DNA of 64,000 bases, from the sequence record LR756511.1. The stretch is one strand, 5' to 3'. How positions within the stretch are numbered: the first letter of the stretch is position 1; every line of letters starts with the position of its first letter. The translations under genes were made by a program, and so were the position numbers. Below, piece by piece: positions 28,574-37,560 of the stretch. The notes beneath the pieces are model-generated. The model was not told where the DNA came from. It did not search any database and saw only the letters and a list, made by a program, of their open reading frames with translations.

Positions 28574-29575
28574 TTACTTCTCGCCTTGTCCCTCCCATTC
28601 GTCAAAAAATTTATCAACGGAGGGATTTTCTTTGTGAACCTTTGGCGGATTGACGTAGGCTTCCTTCACCTTTTTCTTTGCTCGCTCAAGAACATACTGG
28701 ATGTTCTGGCGGGTATAGCGATCACCTGTTCGTTCATTAACGTGAGTCTTCGCAACGTCTTCCTTCCATCCATGATAAGGGAAGAGTTCCGTCAACAGAC
28801 ACGCCAATTCCAATTCATCCAAATCCGCGTCCTTCACGGCTTGCCGTGCATCCTTGCGGATATAAAAGACTTCCTTGAAATCGCGGTCTACACCAGAACG
28901 GCTACCAGTGTAGTCATCTTCATGAGTCTCTTCGTCCGTGTCGCTGGCAAGAGCCTCATTAATAACCTTCGTGGTAGAGCGGAAGAAGATCGTGCGCTCT
29001 TCCTCCGTAAGCCCAATCGCTTCAACCACTTCGTCATCTGAAATGTTTCCGTCATGCTTTTCGCGTTCCTCTTCCACGCGACGAATGATATCAAGAGCTT
29101 CATTCGTTAGTGGACAAAGAGGATTAAGGCGATTGATGCACGCGACGATCTTGCGGCGCACACAACGCCAAACGTAGGTGAGAAGAGTGGTTCCCTTTTC
29201 CGTTTCGTATGAATACGTAGCGTCAAGGATACCCATTTCACCTTCCTGCATGAATTCCTCATACGCTTCATGCGGATCGAAATTATTCGCAGCCGCAGCC
29301 CGCGCCTGTCGCACGATCATCCGATAGAATGCCGCGCGCATCTTGGTTTCGCACTTGTCACGGACTTCCATAATGAGCGGAATTGCCGCGTCAAGGGTTT
29401 GCTTTTGCTCAGGAGTGAGCTTGGAGGTGTCCAGGGTTCCCTTGAAGAGTTGTCCCCGAAACATGGTGTGTTTAAGACCCATCATTTCCGCGCACCGCTT
29501 AAGAGCGGAATTGCCAGCGGTCATGATTTGGCACAACTCTTCTGCTTCTCCCTTCGTCAAACGAATTGGTCGCAT
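28574..29575 (-). CDS. Sigma70-family RNA polymerase sigma factor
   Basis: Region 2-like EEFMQEGEMGILDATYSYETEKGTTLLTYVWRCVRRKI; region 4-like TRQNIQYVLERAKKKVK. Confidence 0.75.
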   Translation of the reverse strand: MRPIRLTKGEAEELCQIMTAGNSALKRCAEMMGLKHTMFRGQLFKGTLDTSKLTPEQKQTLDAAIPLIMEVRDKCETKMRAAFYRMIVRQARAAAANNFDPHEAYEEFMQEGEMGILDATYSYETEKGTTLLTYVWRCVRRKIVACINRLNPLCPLTNEALDIIRRVEEEREKHDGNISDDEVVEAIGLTEEERTIFFRSTTKVINEALASDTDEETHEDDYTGSRSGVDRDFKEVFYIRKDARQAVKDADLDELELACLLTELFPYHGWKEDVAKTHVNERTGDRYTRQNIQYVLERAKKKVKEAYVNPPKVHKENPSVDKFFDEWEGQGEK

Positions 29576-29622
29576 GAAATCCTACCTTCTGTGTTTGGGT
29601 TTGGGTTTTGACGGTTCTACCA

Positions 29623-29634
29623 GTACAGCTGCAA
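29623..29634 (-). promoter_or_regulatory. Motif copy upstream of the sigma gene
   Basis: GTACAGCTGCAA. Confidence 0.55.
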
Positions 29635-29648
29635 GTAAGAGACGTGAC

Positions 29649-29981
29649 CTACTCGCGCGGTTCGAACTTTTTCCGATTTTCCTCAAGCCAAGTCATGACC
29701 TGTTCGGATGTTAGCTCCCAGGTAGAACCTTCTTCTTTAGGCAACATACCAATCACTGAACCTTTGTAATCCTGATACGCAAGTTCAGCCGTTGCCGCGT
29801 CTGTGACTTCCAGTAGAATACCAAGGGCAAGCTGCGCGGGACCGCTGCCATGATAGCCCCACGCAAAGCCGTCAGGAGAGTGGTTACGAATTTTCAAAGA
29901 ACGCTTGTGGGAGAAAGGCTTTCCGTCTTTCCAGACTTCAAACCACTTCTCTTGGGTGAACTTGCCGCTGAAGACGGACAC
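29649..29981 (-). CDS. DUF6166-like protein
   Basis: HSPDGFAWGYHGSGPAQLALGIL. Confidence 0.75.
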   Translation of the reverse strand: MSVFSGKFTQEKWFEVWKDGKPFSHKRSLKIRNHSPDGFAWGYHGSGPAQLALGILLEVTDAATAELAYQDYKGSVIGMLPKEEGSTWELTSEQVMTWLEENRKKFEPRE

Positions 29982-29994
29982 ATCCCACCTACCT

Positions 29995-30022
29995 TTCTTA
30001 CTAGAAATTTCTCGGATGTCAA
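29995..30022 (-). promoter_or_regulatory. Sigma70-like promoter
   Basis: TTGACA-N16-TAAGAA. Confidence 0.45.
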
Positions 30023-30041
30023 ATGGATTTGCCGTTTTCGT

Positions 30042-30053
30042 GTACAGCTACAA
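30042..30053 (-). promoter_or_regulatory. Motif copy upstream of the DUF6166 promoter
   Basis: GTACAGCTACAA. Confidence 0.5.
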
Positions 30054-30656
30054 GTTCGTAGGCCAGTTAGGACTAATCAAAGTTGCTGGCACGCCCGCGT
30101 AGACTCCTGGCTCGCTTATGTCTTTAACGACACAAGCACCCATTCCTACGCAAACATTGTCACAAATTTCAATTTTTTGCTTAATCGTTGAATTAGCCCC
30201 AAGATAAACTTGATTTCCAATGGTGCAATTTCCGCAAACTCTTGCCCCAGGACCAGTTGTGAAAAAATTGCCTATCTTACAATCGTGTGATATAGATGAG
30301 CCTATATTAAGTTGTGCATGGTCGCCAATACTAATGTCCGTAGTAAGAATGCAGCCAGCCGAAATAAAACAGCCAGCCCCTAACCCTATGTTGTCCAATA
30401 TAATAGAAGATGGATGAACATAGTGAACAAAGTTCATGTCTATAAATCTGTTCACTATGTCGCACCGCTTCTTACTGTCGCCAATCGCTATGTGTAATAC
30501 GTCCTTCGGCGTGATCTCTTTCACAAAAATGACAGGACGCCCCAAAAATTCGCTTTGTGAGCTTTCATCCGCGCAAAAGACTATGTTGTTATACTTCAAA
30601 TGAGCATAAGAGTCTTTTGCCGCGCCGCCCATACCAAATATAACTATTCTTTTCAT
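30048..30656 (-). CDS. NeuD/PglB-type sugar O/N-acetyltransferase (hexapeptide repeat)
   Basis: IFGMGG.AK, IAIGD...R, left-handed beta-helix repeats, GVYAGVPA. Confidence 0.88.
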   Translation of the reverse strand: MKRIVIFGMGGAAKDSYAHLKYNNIVFCADESSQSEFLGRPVIFVKEITPKDVLHIAIGDSKKRCDIVNRFIDMNFVHYVHPSSIILDNIGLGAGCFISAGCILTTDISIGDHAQLNIGSSISHDCKIGNFFTTGPGARVCGNCTIGNQVYLGANSTIKQKIEICDNVCVGMGACVVKDISEPGVYAGVPATLISPNWPTNL

Positions 30657-31264
30657 TGTGTGTAAATGCTGAATTTAGACAAGTCTGGATATCTCAACTC
30701 CAAGTCTTCATTATCATTAGGCATCCCATTCATTAATAGTAAACCTCTAGCGGCAATTTCTGGCATCATATAGAAGTTCCAGCCAAGCATATCAAAATGA
30801 TCTTTGTGATAGTCCATTTCATTTCTTCCGCTAAACCTAGATCGTCTAAACCATTTGGCGGCATCTTCACAGTCTGTAAGTATCATGCCCCCTTTGCTTA
30901 ATTTTAGATGTTTGTATGGTCCTGTGAATGAAAGACACATAAATGTATTAGGAATATACATTTTTGACGTAAATCTCAAAGCAGAGTCCCATACTGGCGT
31001 AGGCTTTAACTGATAGGCTCCTCTTATGTATTCTCCATTAACGGGGTCAAATTTAACTTTCCCGCCTGCATGGATAATCTCACAGGGAACCGACATATAA
31101 GTTCTACTTGGAATTGTTATTTCTTGCCCTTCAATACCAATATACTTTAGGGCAAGAAATAAGGCATTGCTACAATTATCCAAAGCTACAGCGTGAGGAG
31201 CGCCAGTGTAATTTGCAACAACCTTCTCAAACTGTTCAACGATTTTATAAACACCTATTGCCAT
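30653..31264 (-). CDS. Short DegT/DnrJ/EryC1/StrS-type aminotransferase
   Basis: FE...A.YTGAPHAVALDNCSNALFLAL, SF...K.L...GGMILTD, GWNFYM.PEIAARG; only 203 aa. Confidence 0.8.
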   Translation of the reverse strand: MAIGVYKIVEQFEKVVANYTGAPHAVALDNCSNALFLALKYIGIEGQEITIPSRTYMSVPCEIIHAGGKVKFDPVNGEYIRGAYQLKPTPVWDSALRFTSKMYIPNTFMCLSFTGPYKHLKLSKGGMILTDCEDAAKWFRRSRFSGRNEMDYHKDHFDMLGWNFYMMPEIAARGLLLMNGMPNDNEDLELRYPDLSKFSIYTQ

Positions 31265-31293
31265 TTTGCCTTCTTTTTTGAATACTATAATAT

Positions 31294-32079
31294 ATGAATT
31301 ACTTCTCGGTTTGTGTCGTTTGTGATGATAAAGAAATTAAATGGATCACAGAATTTATTGATTATCACTTAGTTGTAGGGGCCACACACGTCTTTGTTGT
31401 TTATGCCGAACGTAATCCGCTTCAAGGAAACACATTACTTAAACCCTATGTGGATAAGGGTTTGGTAACTATAATTCACGTTCCTTCGAATCACGCATGG
31501 GATAGATGGGCAGAGGGATTAACGATAGCCAAAGACAAGGCTATTGAGTTGGGATATCGCTGGCTTGCCATCATTGACATAGATGAGTTTATTTTACCCA
31601 TGCAAACAGACAGCGTGCCAGAATTTCTAAAGGATTATGAGGATTATAGCGGGGTTTGTATCAATTGGTTTATTTATGGAACGTCTGGTTACATAGAATC
31701 ACCACCATCTGTGTTAAAACACTTAGTTCACCGCGCCGAAGATAATTGGCGTGTAAATGGGCATGTTAAATCTATACTTAATCCAAAAATGATTAAGGTT
31801 CTTCATGCACACACTTCCAGTTTGACTAGTGGCTTCATTGTGAATGAAGACAAAGAACAGATTAGCTCGTTTCTCACAACGATAAAAGCCTCTAAAATAC
31901 GGTTAAATCATTACGTTATTAGGTCGAGAAAGGAATTTGAAGAGATTGATAGCAAAATGACAAATTACAAAGATGAGATATTTTATGATGATAATAACAG
32001 AAATGAAGTTTTTGACGACGAGATTTATAGGAGATTTGGACAGAGGGTAGAAGAGTTTCACAAATCAATTCACAGCTAA
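31294..32079 (+). CDS. Glycosyltransferase, GT2/GT92-like (paralog of 955-1731)
   Basis: WITEFIDYH, IDIDEF, HVKSI, LNHYVIRS. Confidence 0.8.
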   Translation: MNYFSVCVVCDDKEIKWITEFIDYHLVVGATHVFVVYAERNPLQGNTLLKPYVDKGLVTIIHVPSNHAWDRWAEGLTIAKDKAIELGYRWLAIIDIDEFILPMQTDSVPEFLKDYEDYSGVCINWFIYGTSGYIESPPSVLKHLVHRAEDNWRVNGHVKSILNPKMIKVLHAHTSSLTSGFIVNEDKEQISSFLTTIKASKIRLNHYVIRSRKEFEEIDSKMTNYKDEIFYDDNNRNEVFDDEIYRRFGQRVEEFHKSIHS

Positions 32080-32790
32080 ACGGTTCTTAGTCAATTGGCG
32101 TTCATCCCACCGCGACCCCTGAATGAAATCAGACCGAACCCACTTAAAACGATGGGCAATCTTCTCATCATCACAAACCTTAATGTAAATCCCCTCACGC
32201 CTGTCTAAAGTGGAATAAGGACTTTTTTCGCCCATAAACTTTTCAAGAAATTCGAAATTTGGCACTTCGCCCTTGTGAAGCAAAGGCACCAATTCAAAAC
32301 CCGCCTGTCCTAATAACTCCCTAGCTTTACCAGTAGGTATAAAGATGCCCCTTTCCCAATCATAAATGTCATAGGGAATAAAGTAAGTGGGGAGATGATT
32401 GTACTCAATGCCGTGGAGAGCATAAAGCCACTCGCCATATACCGCAGCATCAAATCCACAAAGATCATTAAGCATCACAAACTTTGGACGAATTTCATAG
32501 ATGTGATTCCAGATCGGCGCAAACTGAAGTTTCGCTGGCGTTCGCAAATGACCTGACTTCCCCTTCTGGAGAATGTTATTACGATTACGAACAATGGGAT
32601 TGTCATTATAAAAACAAATGCCTACCGAAGCTCCGTCAATCTTCTCTTCACAAAACGTGTTCTCATTGCTGAAAATGACATCACATTCTTTTTCAGAGGC
32701 AATAAGATCAAGGCGTTGCGCATTTGGCTTATAACACAAATGCTTTGTGCGAGGATATTCAGGAAGTATTTGTTGCGGGTTCACAAGCAC
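32065..32790 (-). CDS. RNA ligase family (Rnl2-like) protein
   Basis: YPRTKHL, EEKIDG, YGEW, YDIYD, REGIYIK, FKWVRSDF. Confidence 0.88.
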   Translation of the reverse strand: MLVNPQQILPEYPRTKHLCYKPNAQRLDLIASEKECDVIFSNENTFCEEKIDGASVGICFYNDNPIVRNRNNILQKGKSGHLRTPAKLQFAPIWNHIYEIRPKFVMLNDLCGFDAAVYGEWLYALHGIEYNHLPTYFIPYDIYDWERGIFIPTGKARELLGQAGFELVPLLHKGEVPNFEFLEKFMGEKSPYSTLDRREGIYIKVCDDEKIAHRFKWVRSDFIQGSRWDERQLTKNRLAVN

Positions 32791-33179
32791 GCTCCCAACA
32801 ATCCAGTAATCATGAACAAAGTAAAAAGGATGGTTAGAAAACCATAACCAAACCGAAGAAAATCACTCGTTATAAACCGTTCCACATCCAATACCAGTTG
32901 TAGGCACAGACGCACGCCCCAAAAAACGGCTAAATAGCCGCACACAAAGCGAGAAAGCATACTGCCGTCAGCTAATGCCGTCGAATTACATATACATACC
33001 AACCCGTTAAAGATAATAGCCAGAACGACATAGCCGCCATAAACCCAATAAAGCTGCTTGTGCAGCCGTGGCAAATGCTTAAATACAGTTTTCCATTCAA
33101 GTTTGAAAGGCAATGAGAAGGACACCAACAACACACTTAATTGTAACCACCCAACGATAAAGATTAAATTAGCAAGCAT
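32781..33179 (-). CDS. Membrane protein coupled to the MBOAT gene
   Basis: About four TM segments; starts 1 nt after the MBOAT stop. Confidence 0.7.
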   Translation of the reverse strand: MLANLIFIVGWLQLSVLLVSFSLPFKLEWKTVFKHLPRLHKQLYWVYGGYVVLAIIFNGLVCICNSTALADGSMLSRFVCGYLAVFWGVRLCLQLVLDVERFITSDFLRFGYGFLTILFTLFMITGLLGACL

Positions 33180-33180
33180 A

Positions 33181-33879
33181 CTACCTCACAAATAAATTTC
33201 TAAAACCTTCATGTAGAAGAAGCGGCAGCGGAAGAATAACTACTAACATCGTGAATATTCTTCCGCGTACTATTGGTAATTTCCACTCCGTTAAAAGCCC
33301 AACAAATTGAATCATAAAGTATAAGAACGGTTGTCCATAACCTGAACCCACAGGCAAAGTCATAACAATTTCATGCAGAATACCACTTAGGGCGAAGACG
33401 GCAAACGTTGCCAAAGTGATTGATTTTCTTACCAGCCGTTTAAAAACAAGTATTTGAGCTAGATCGCGGAAAGCGGTATTCCAACGATTGCCCCAAAAAT
33501 CTCCTAAACTGACCGCAAGAATCGGGAAGTTCATTAAAGGTTTAGCATGGAACCCCGCCATTCTCCATGCCAAACTAAGCAAATGAAACACCCCAAAATG
33601 CAATATGAGAACAATTCCAACAATGGTCGCAATAGGGATGTTTAATAGTATCAAATACGTGCCAATGGCGATATTGAGGAAGCTATAGCCCCACTCTGAA
33701 ATATGAATTGGTTTAGCTTTAGAGTTTAAGAACCCTCTAGGGTCCATGCCTACCCAAAGGAAGAAGTAGGCAAGCTCCATTTTGGTTGACTTAACTGGAA
33801 TGAGTGAAGCAAACTTACAACAGAGATAAACAGCTACCGCTACTGTCCACATTAGTTCCATTATTTCAACACTTCCCAA
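33181..33879 (-). CDS. Membrane-bound O-acyltransferase (MBOAT_2-like)
   Basis: P.LA.SLGDFWG.RWN.AF, F.LSG.LHE. Confidence 0.85.
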   Translation of the reverse strand: MGSVEIMELMWTVAVAVYLCCKFASLIPVKSTKMELAYFFLWVGMDPRGFLNSKAKPIHISEWGYSFLNIAIGTYLILLNIPIATIVGIVLILHFGVFHLLSLAWRMAGFHAKPLMNFPILAVSLGDFWGNRWNTAFRDLAQILVFKRLVRKSITLATFAVFALSGILHEIVMTLPVGSGYGQPFLYFMIQFVGLLTEWKLPIVRGRIFTMLVVILPLPLLLHEGFRNLFVR

Positions 33880-34208
33880 CCATTTCCTAAGTCGTATGAC
33901 CCTTCAATATCCGCAGACTCAATAGCCGTAGATAATGGTGGCGCACAACCGAGACAGTTATCCCCAAGCGGAACGCTCAAATTTTTCACGCCTAGCTTTT
34001 GAAACTCAGCAACTTCCTCGTCAATGATCTTACGATACTTCGGGGCTAATTTTAAGCAGACAGGCACATTTTCTTTATCTTCAGCAAAATAACGGCACCA
34101 TTCATTCGGTTTGCCCTTCTTGCAAACCCCTTCAATCATTGTGCTTCCGATCACATGAAGCGGAATCAGACCCACGGTTGCAACACCGAGGAAGCTACGA
34201 CGATCCAT
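33861..34208 (-). CDS. Hypothetical protein with Tat-like N-terminus and Cys motif
   Basis: MDRRSFL; C..G.....CRY.....C. Confidence 0.55.
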   Translation of the reverse strand: MDRRSFLGVATVGLIPLHVIGSTMIEGVCKKGKPNEWCRYFAEDKENVPVCLKLAPKYRKIIDEEVAEFQKLGVKNLSVPLGDNCLGCAPPLSTAIESADIEGSYDLGNGWEVLK

Positions 34209-34218
34209 TGTACAACTC

Positions 34219-34641
34219 CTAGCCAGCGAAAAGCTTGGTAATGGTTGCCATCAGATTGTTTTCTGATACTCTCTTCGACGCCCCAGGATGGTACAGGATA
34301 TAGTAGCCGCTTTGTCCTCTCTTGTGTAACTCAGCAGGAACGATCCAACCAGAGTGGTGTGGTCCCCTCACAATTACACAATCTTCACCTAATGGTGCAT
34401 CTCCTAACGTAAACTTGAGAGGCTCGCCATTAGAGCAGAGCATATCACAAAAACAATCTTGCAGTTTAATAAGCAAATCGGGCGCGAGCCTTTTCCTTCT
34501 TTCTCTCTCAGCCTCTTCTCTCTCAGCCTTTCGCCTATTAATCTCAACCTGTTCTTCCCAAGTTGGCGTTCTAAACCAACTGAATATATTCCAATACCAC
34601 TTACGCTTCGGTTGCTTATGTGTCCAAATTACGTCGTCCAT
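34219..34641 (-). CDS. Hypothetical protein
   Basis: Start reassigned to ATG 34641, 1 nt after the upstream stop. Confidence 0.6.
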   Translation of the reverse strand: MDDVIWTHKQPKRKWYWNIFSWFRTPTWEEQVEINRRKAEREEAERERRKRLAPDLLIKLQDCFCDMLCSNGEPLKFTLGDAPLGEDCVIVRGPHHSGWIVPAELHKRGQSGYYILYHPGASKRVSENNLMATITKLFAG

Positions 34642-34642
34642 C

Positions 34643-35248
34643 TTAATCTCCCCCGCCACCACAACCGCCACCGCCGCAAGAACTTCCACAACTACTACCA
34701 CCGCAACTGTGACCGCCACAAGAATGCCCACCACCGTCAGAGTGACCACCGCAACTGTGGCCATCTGAGTGTGAGCAATCGTGTGAGTGCGAATGTGAAT
34801 CACAACCGCCAGCACAAAACACTGGAACAAATGCAGTTCCGCCACTACACCCAGGTTCTACCGAAGATGTTGATTTCGCTTTTGCCTTTTCCCCAAAGGC
34901 TTCTTTATACATTTCCTTCGTTTTATTGAACGCTTTTACTTGTGACAGACTGCCGATAGGTAAATGTGGGTTGTGATGGAACATCTTTCCGAAAAGCGTT
35001 TGGCAATCTTTCTCATATTTTGCTGTATCCAAAATATGCTCATGCCAGAAGTCGTCTAATACTTGCGTCCACGGCACAACCACTTCCTCTGGATTCATCA
35101 CAGCCAAATAGAGGAATTGACGATACTCTTTTTCTATATTGTCAACATTGTGCCAAAGTCTCCACCACCAACCTTTTTTATCGCTAAGCTTTACCTTCAC
35201 AGAATTTAGGTCGATACTTTGGACTAATGCCCATTTATCTTGATCCAT
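34643..35248 (-). CDS. Glycine-rich-domain (GRDP-like) protein with Cys/Gly/His/Ser tail
   Basis: EY..FL.L.......VVP...LDDFWH.HILDT..Y...C...FG....H.P followed by a low-complexity tail. Confidence 0.8.
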   Translation of the reverse strand: MDQDKWALVQSIDLNSVKVKLSDKKGWWWRLWHNVDNIEKEYRQFLYLAVMNPEEVVVPWTQVLDDFWHEHILDTAKYEKDCQTLFGKMFHHNPHLPIGSLSQVKAFNKTKEMYKEAFGEKAKAKSTSSVEPGCSGGTAFVPVFCAGGCDSHSHSHDCSHSDGHSCGGHSDGGGHSCGGHSCGGSSCGSSCGGGGCGGGGD

Positions 35249-35257
35249 AATTACTCC

Positions 35258-35611
35258 TTATGTTTCAGGAGTTGTTATTCTATCAAGCCAACGCAAATAT
35301 TTGAAGTGCTTTTTCGCTTCCTCTGGATCGCCTCTAAGGTCAAACCTACAAAGGGATTGTGATGGTTTGATGGTGCGACAAACTTCTGGTTGTTTGTTTT
35401 GCTGTCCCCAAACCTTACACATATTGTCGGGGCCGAGATGAATACAGCGTTCCCCAGCAGGTTTTTTGAAACGTTCCCCTGTTGGAAGCATGGAATTGAT
35501 GCTTACGCCAGTGCAGCAGCGTCCACACATATCACAATCGTATTTCTTCCCATTATCGTCAATGATTTCCAACGATTGTCGCATTTCCAGCCATTGATTG
35601 AACGTCTTCAT
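35258..35611 (-). CDS. YkgJ-family cysteine-cluster protein
   Basis: CDMCGRCC...KPAGERCIHL....C.V....PEVC; start MKTFNQWLE at 35611. Confidence 0.8.
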   Translation of the reverse strand: MKTFNQWLEMRQSLEIIDDNGKKYDCDMCGRCCTGVSINSMLPTGERFKKPAGERCIHLGPDNMCKVWGQQNKQPEVCRTIKPSQSLCRFDLRGDPEEAKKHFKYLRWLDRITTPET

Positions 35612-35773
35612 GCCGATATGTAGGGACTCTAGGATCGAAAAATTCAACTTCTCTCACAGTCCCATTCGGGTAATACCTAATCTTTTTCACTTTAGGGCAT
35701 GGCCCACCATGAAAAATTGATTGATAATCGTTCGAACACCACCGACAACGATTTGGGTCGAAATTTAGTAACA

Positions 35774-35986
35774 TTACTTTTTCCTTTTCACAGGATAAAC
35801 TTGCCTTCCGTTGATTTCGATAATGTATTTAGAGGATAATATCTCTACACCGAGAATCGTTCCATTTTCAGCGAAATCAATAATTACTTCACCCTTTTCA
35901 TCCACATCTATTGAACGCGCATAGATTGTATTTTCATCTAGTTTAGCAAACCGAATATAAGCAGGTTTCATACTTTTGCTGGGCAT
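35774..35986 (-). CDS. DUF2283-like protein
   Basis: AYIRF...IIDFAENGTILGVEIL. Confidence 0.65.
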   Translation of the reverse strand: MPSKSMKPAYIRFAKLDENTIYARSIDVDEKGEVIIDFAENGTILGVEILSSKYIIEINGRQVYPVKRKK

Positions 35987-37131
35987 AGGCCAAGTTCCTC
36001 TTTAATCTGCTTAACCTTCACAGGATCACCAGTATGCTTGCCTTCATCATCGGAAAGCTTCACAACTGGTCTAAGACCATCACCGAATCCAAAGTCTGCT
36101 CCCGTAAGCTTAATAACCATATTAAGCGGTTTGTGTCCGCAATCGTTTGTGAGGAAGGTTCCAATCCCCATCACACAAGGAATTTCTTCTCCAAACTCCT
36201 TCTGTAAAGCAATCGCCTTATCGTCATTAAGACTATCACTGAAAACAATTTTCTTTGTCTTGGGATCAATACCCAAATCCCTATAATGCTGGAGCATCTT
36301 GCGTCCAAACTCAGCGGGATCGCCGCTATCCTGTCTCACACCGCTAAAAGCATCCGCCATTTCTTTGTCAAAATCTCGCAAGAATATATCGGTAGTAAGT
36401 GTGTCTGTAAGAGCAATACGCGCAGACGGCTTATATTCCTCCATCCAATACCCCATCCATGCCCGATTCGAAAGTGTCGCGCCGTGCAAAGCCTGCATAG
36501 CCATCACAGATTCATGAGCATATGTGCCAGAGACAGGAACCTTATACTTCATTGCAAAGTAAGGGTTACTAGTCCCTTTAAATCCGTCATACAGTCTCAT
36601 GTAAGCAACAACCGCATCTTGTGCCGCTTTAGAAAAGCGGCGGCGCGTGCCGAAGTCAATCCAATTAACGCCCTTACAATTCATATTAGCGGCTTTATCA
36701 ACAATACGCCTCTGCCAATCATTAGCTGGCTCCGCATTAGTCATTCGGAAATATAATTCGCTGATAATTGCCATCAGCGGCACTTCCCACAAAATTGTGT
36801 TTTTCCATTTGCCACGCACAGAGACATTTAGTTTACTTTCATGTTGAGTTATTATAACATCAGCAGGTTTAAATTTAAACTCATTAAGCCAATTCACATA
36901 ATCCGATTTGAAAACCGATTGATCTCTTAGCCACTGGTTCTCCTCATTGCTCAAGCTAAGATGAGACATACTATCAACTTCAACCCTTAAGCGGTCAGCA
37001 AATCCAACAGGGAAATTATCAATCCCCCTGTTAATAAATTGATATGTGGCAATAGCTTCTGGAAATTTATGAAATACCACTTGTTGTTGGGTAAGTTTAT
37101 AGAAATCTGTATCTAATATGGACATAATCAT
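35968..37131 (-). CDS. pncB: Nicotinate phosphoribosyltransferase
   Basis: SILDTDFYKLT, LWEVPLMAIISE, DFGTRRRFS, GTSN, GT.AHE, LTDT, G.RQDSGDP, FSDSL, GIGT.LTND, KLSD..GK. Confidence 0.92.
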   Translation of the reverse strand: MIMSILDTDFYKLTQQQVVFHKFPEAIATYQFINRGIDNFPVGFADRLRVEVDSMSHLSLSNEENQWLRDQSVFKSDYVNWLNEFKFKPADVIITQHESKLNVSVRGKWKNTILWEVPLMAIISELYFRMTNAEPANDWQRRIVDKAANMNCKGVNWIDFGTRRRFSKAAQDAVVAYMRLYDGFKGTSNPYFAMKYKVPVSGTYAHESVMAMQALHGATLSNRAWMGYWMEEYKPSARIALTDTLTTDIFLRDFDKEMADAFSGVRQDSGDPAEFGRKMLQHYRDLGIDPKTKKIVFSDSLNDDKAIALQKEFGEEIPCVMGIGTFLTNDCGHKPLNMVIKLTGADFGFGDGLRPVVKLSDDEGKHTGDPVKVKQIKEELGLCPAKV

Positions 37132-37560
37132 TTGATTACCCTTTTGATGTGGGCAAATTCCATATGCAAATTTGGCCCAATTACAGTTGTGACAAAGAAT
37201 TTGATACCCTTCTGGATAATTATTTTTTGCAAGCCATCTGTAGAATCCGCTTTTGCCTTTTTCGTCGCGGTCTTGCCTGCCATTACCATTAACATGATCT
37301 ATGGCTAAAAACTCGATATGGTCTTCTCCACAACAAATACACTTTCCACCATATGATAATATAACATTTTCTCTGGTTTTACGATATCGTTTTGCAACTT
37401 CACAATTTATTTTATCGGCACAGTCATCGCAATTACGTTTCTCATTATTCGTTGGTTTGCCACAACGAGGGCATAATCCATTTTTAACACGATCATCCCT
37501 TTGTTTTTTCTGCCAAATTCTATTAGCTTCATTTCTTCTGTCTTTGTCTTTATAGGGCAT
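37132..37560 (-). mobile_element. HNH homing-endonuclease-like domain fused in frame to the NAPRTase
   Basis: YGGKCICCGE...FL.IDHVNG.G...YQILCHNCN.AK..YG.CPH; no stop before the pncB ATG. Confidence 0.8.

Noticed and set aside
34642-34845. Val/Ala-rich 'transmembrane' N-terminus of ORF 34219-34845
   Set aside because: It is the alternative frame of the Cys/Gly tail of 34643-35248; the real start is ATG 34641.
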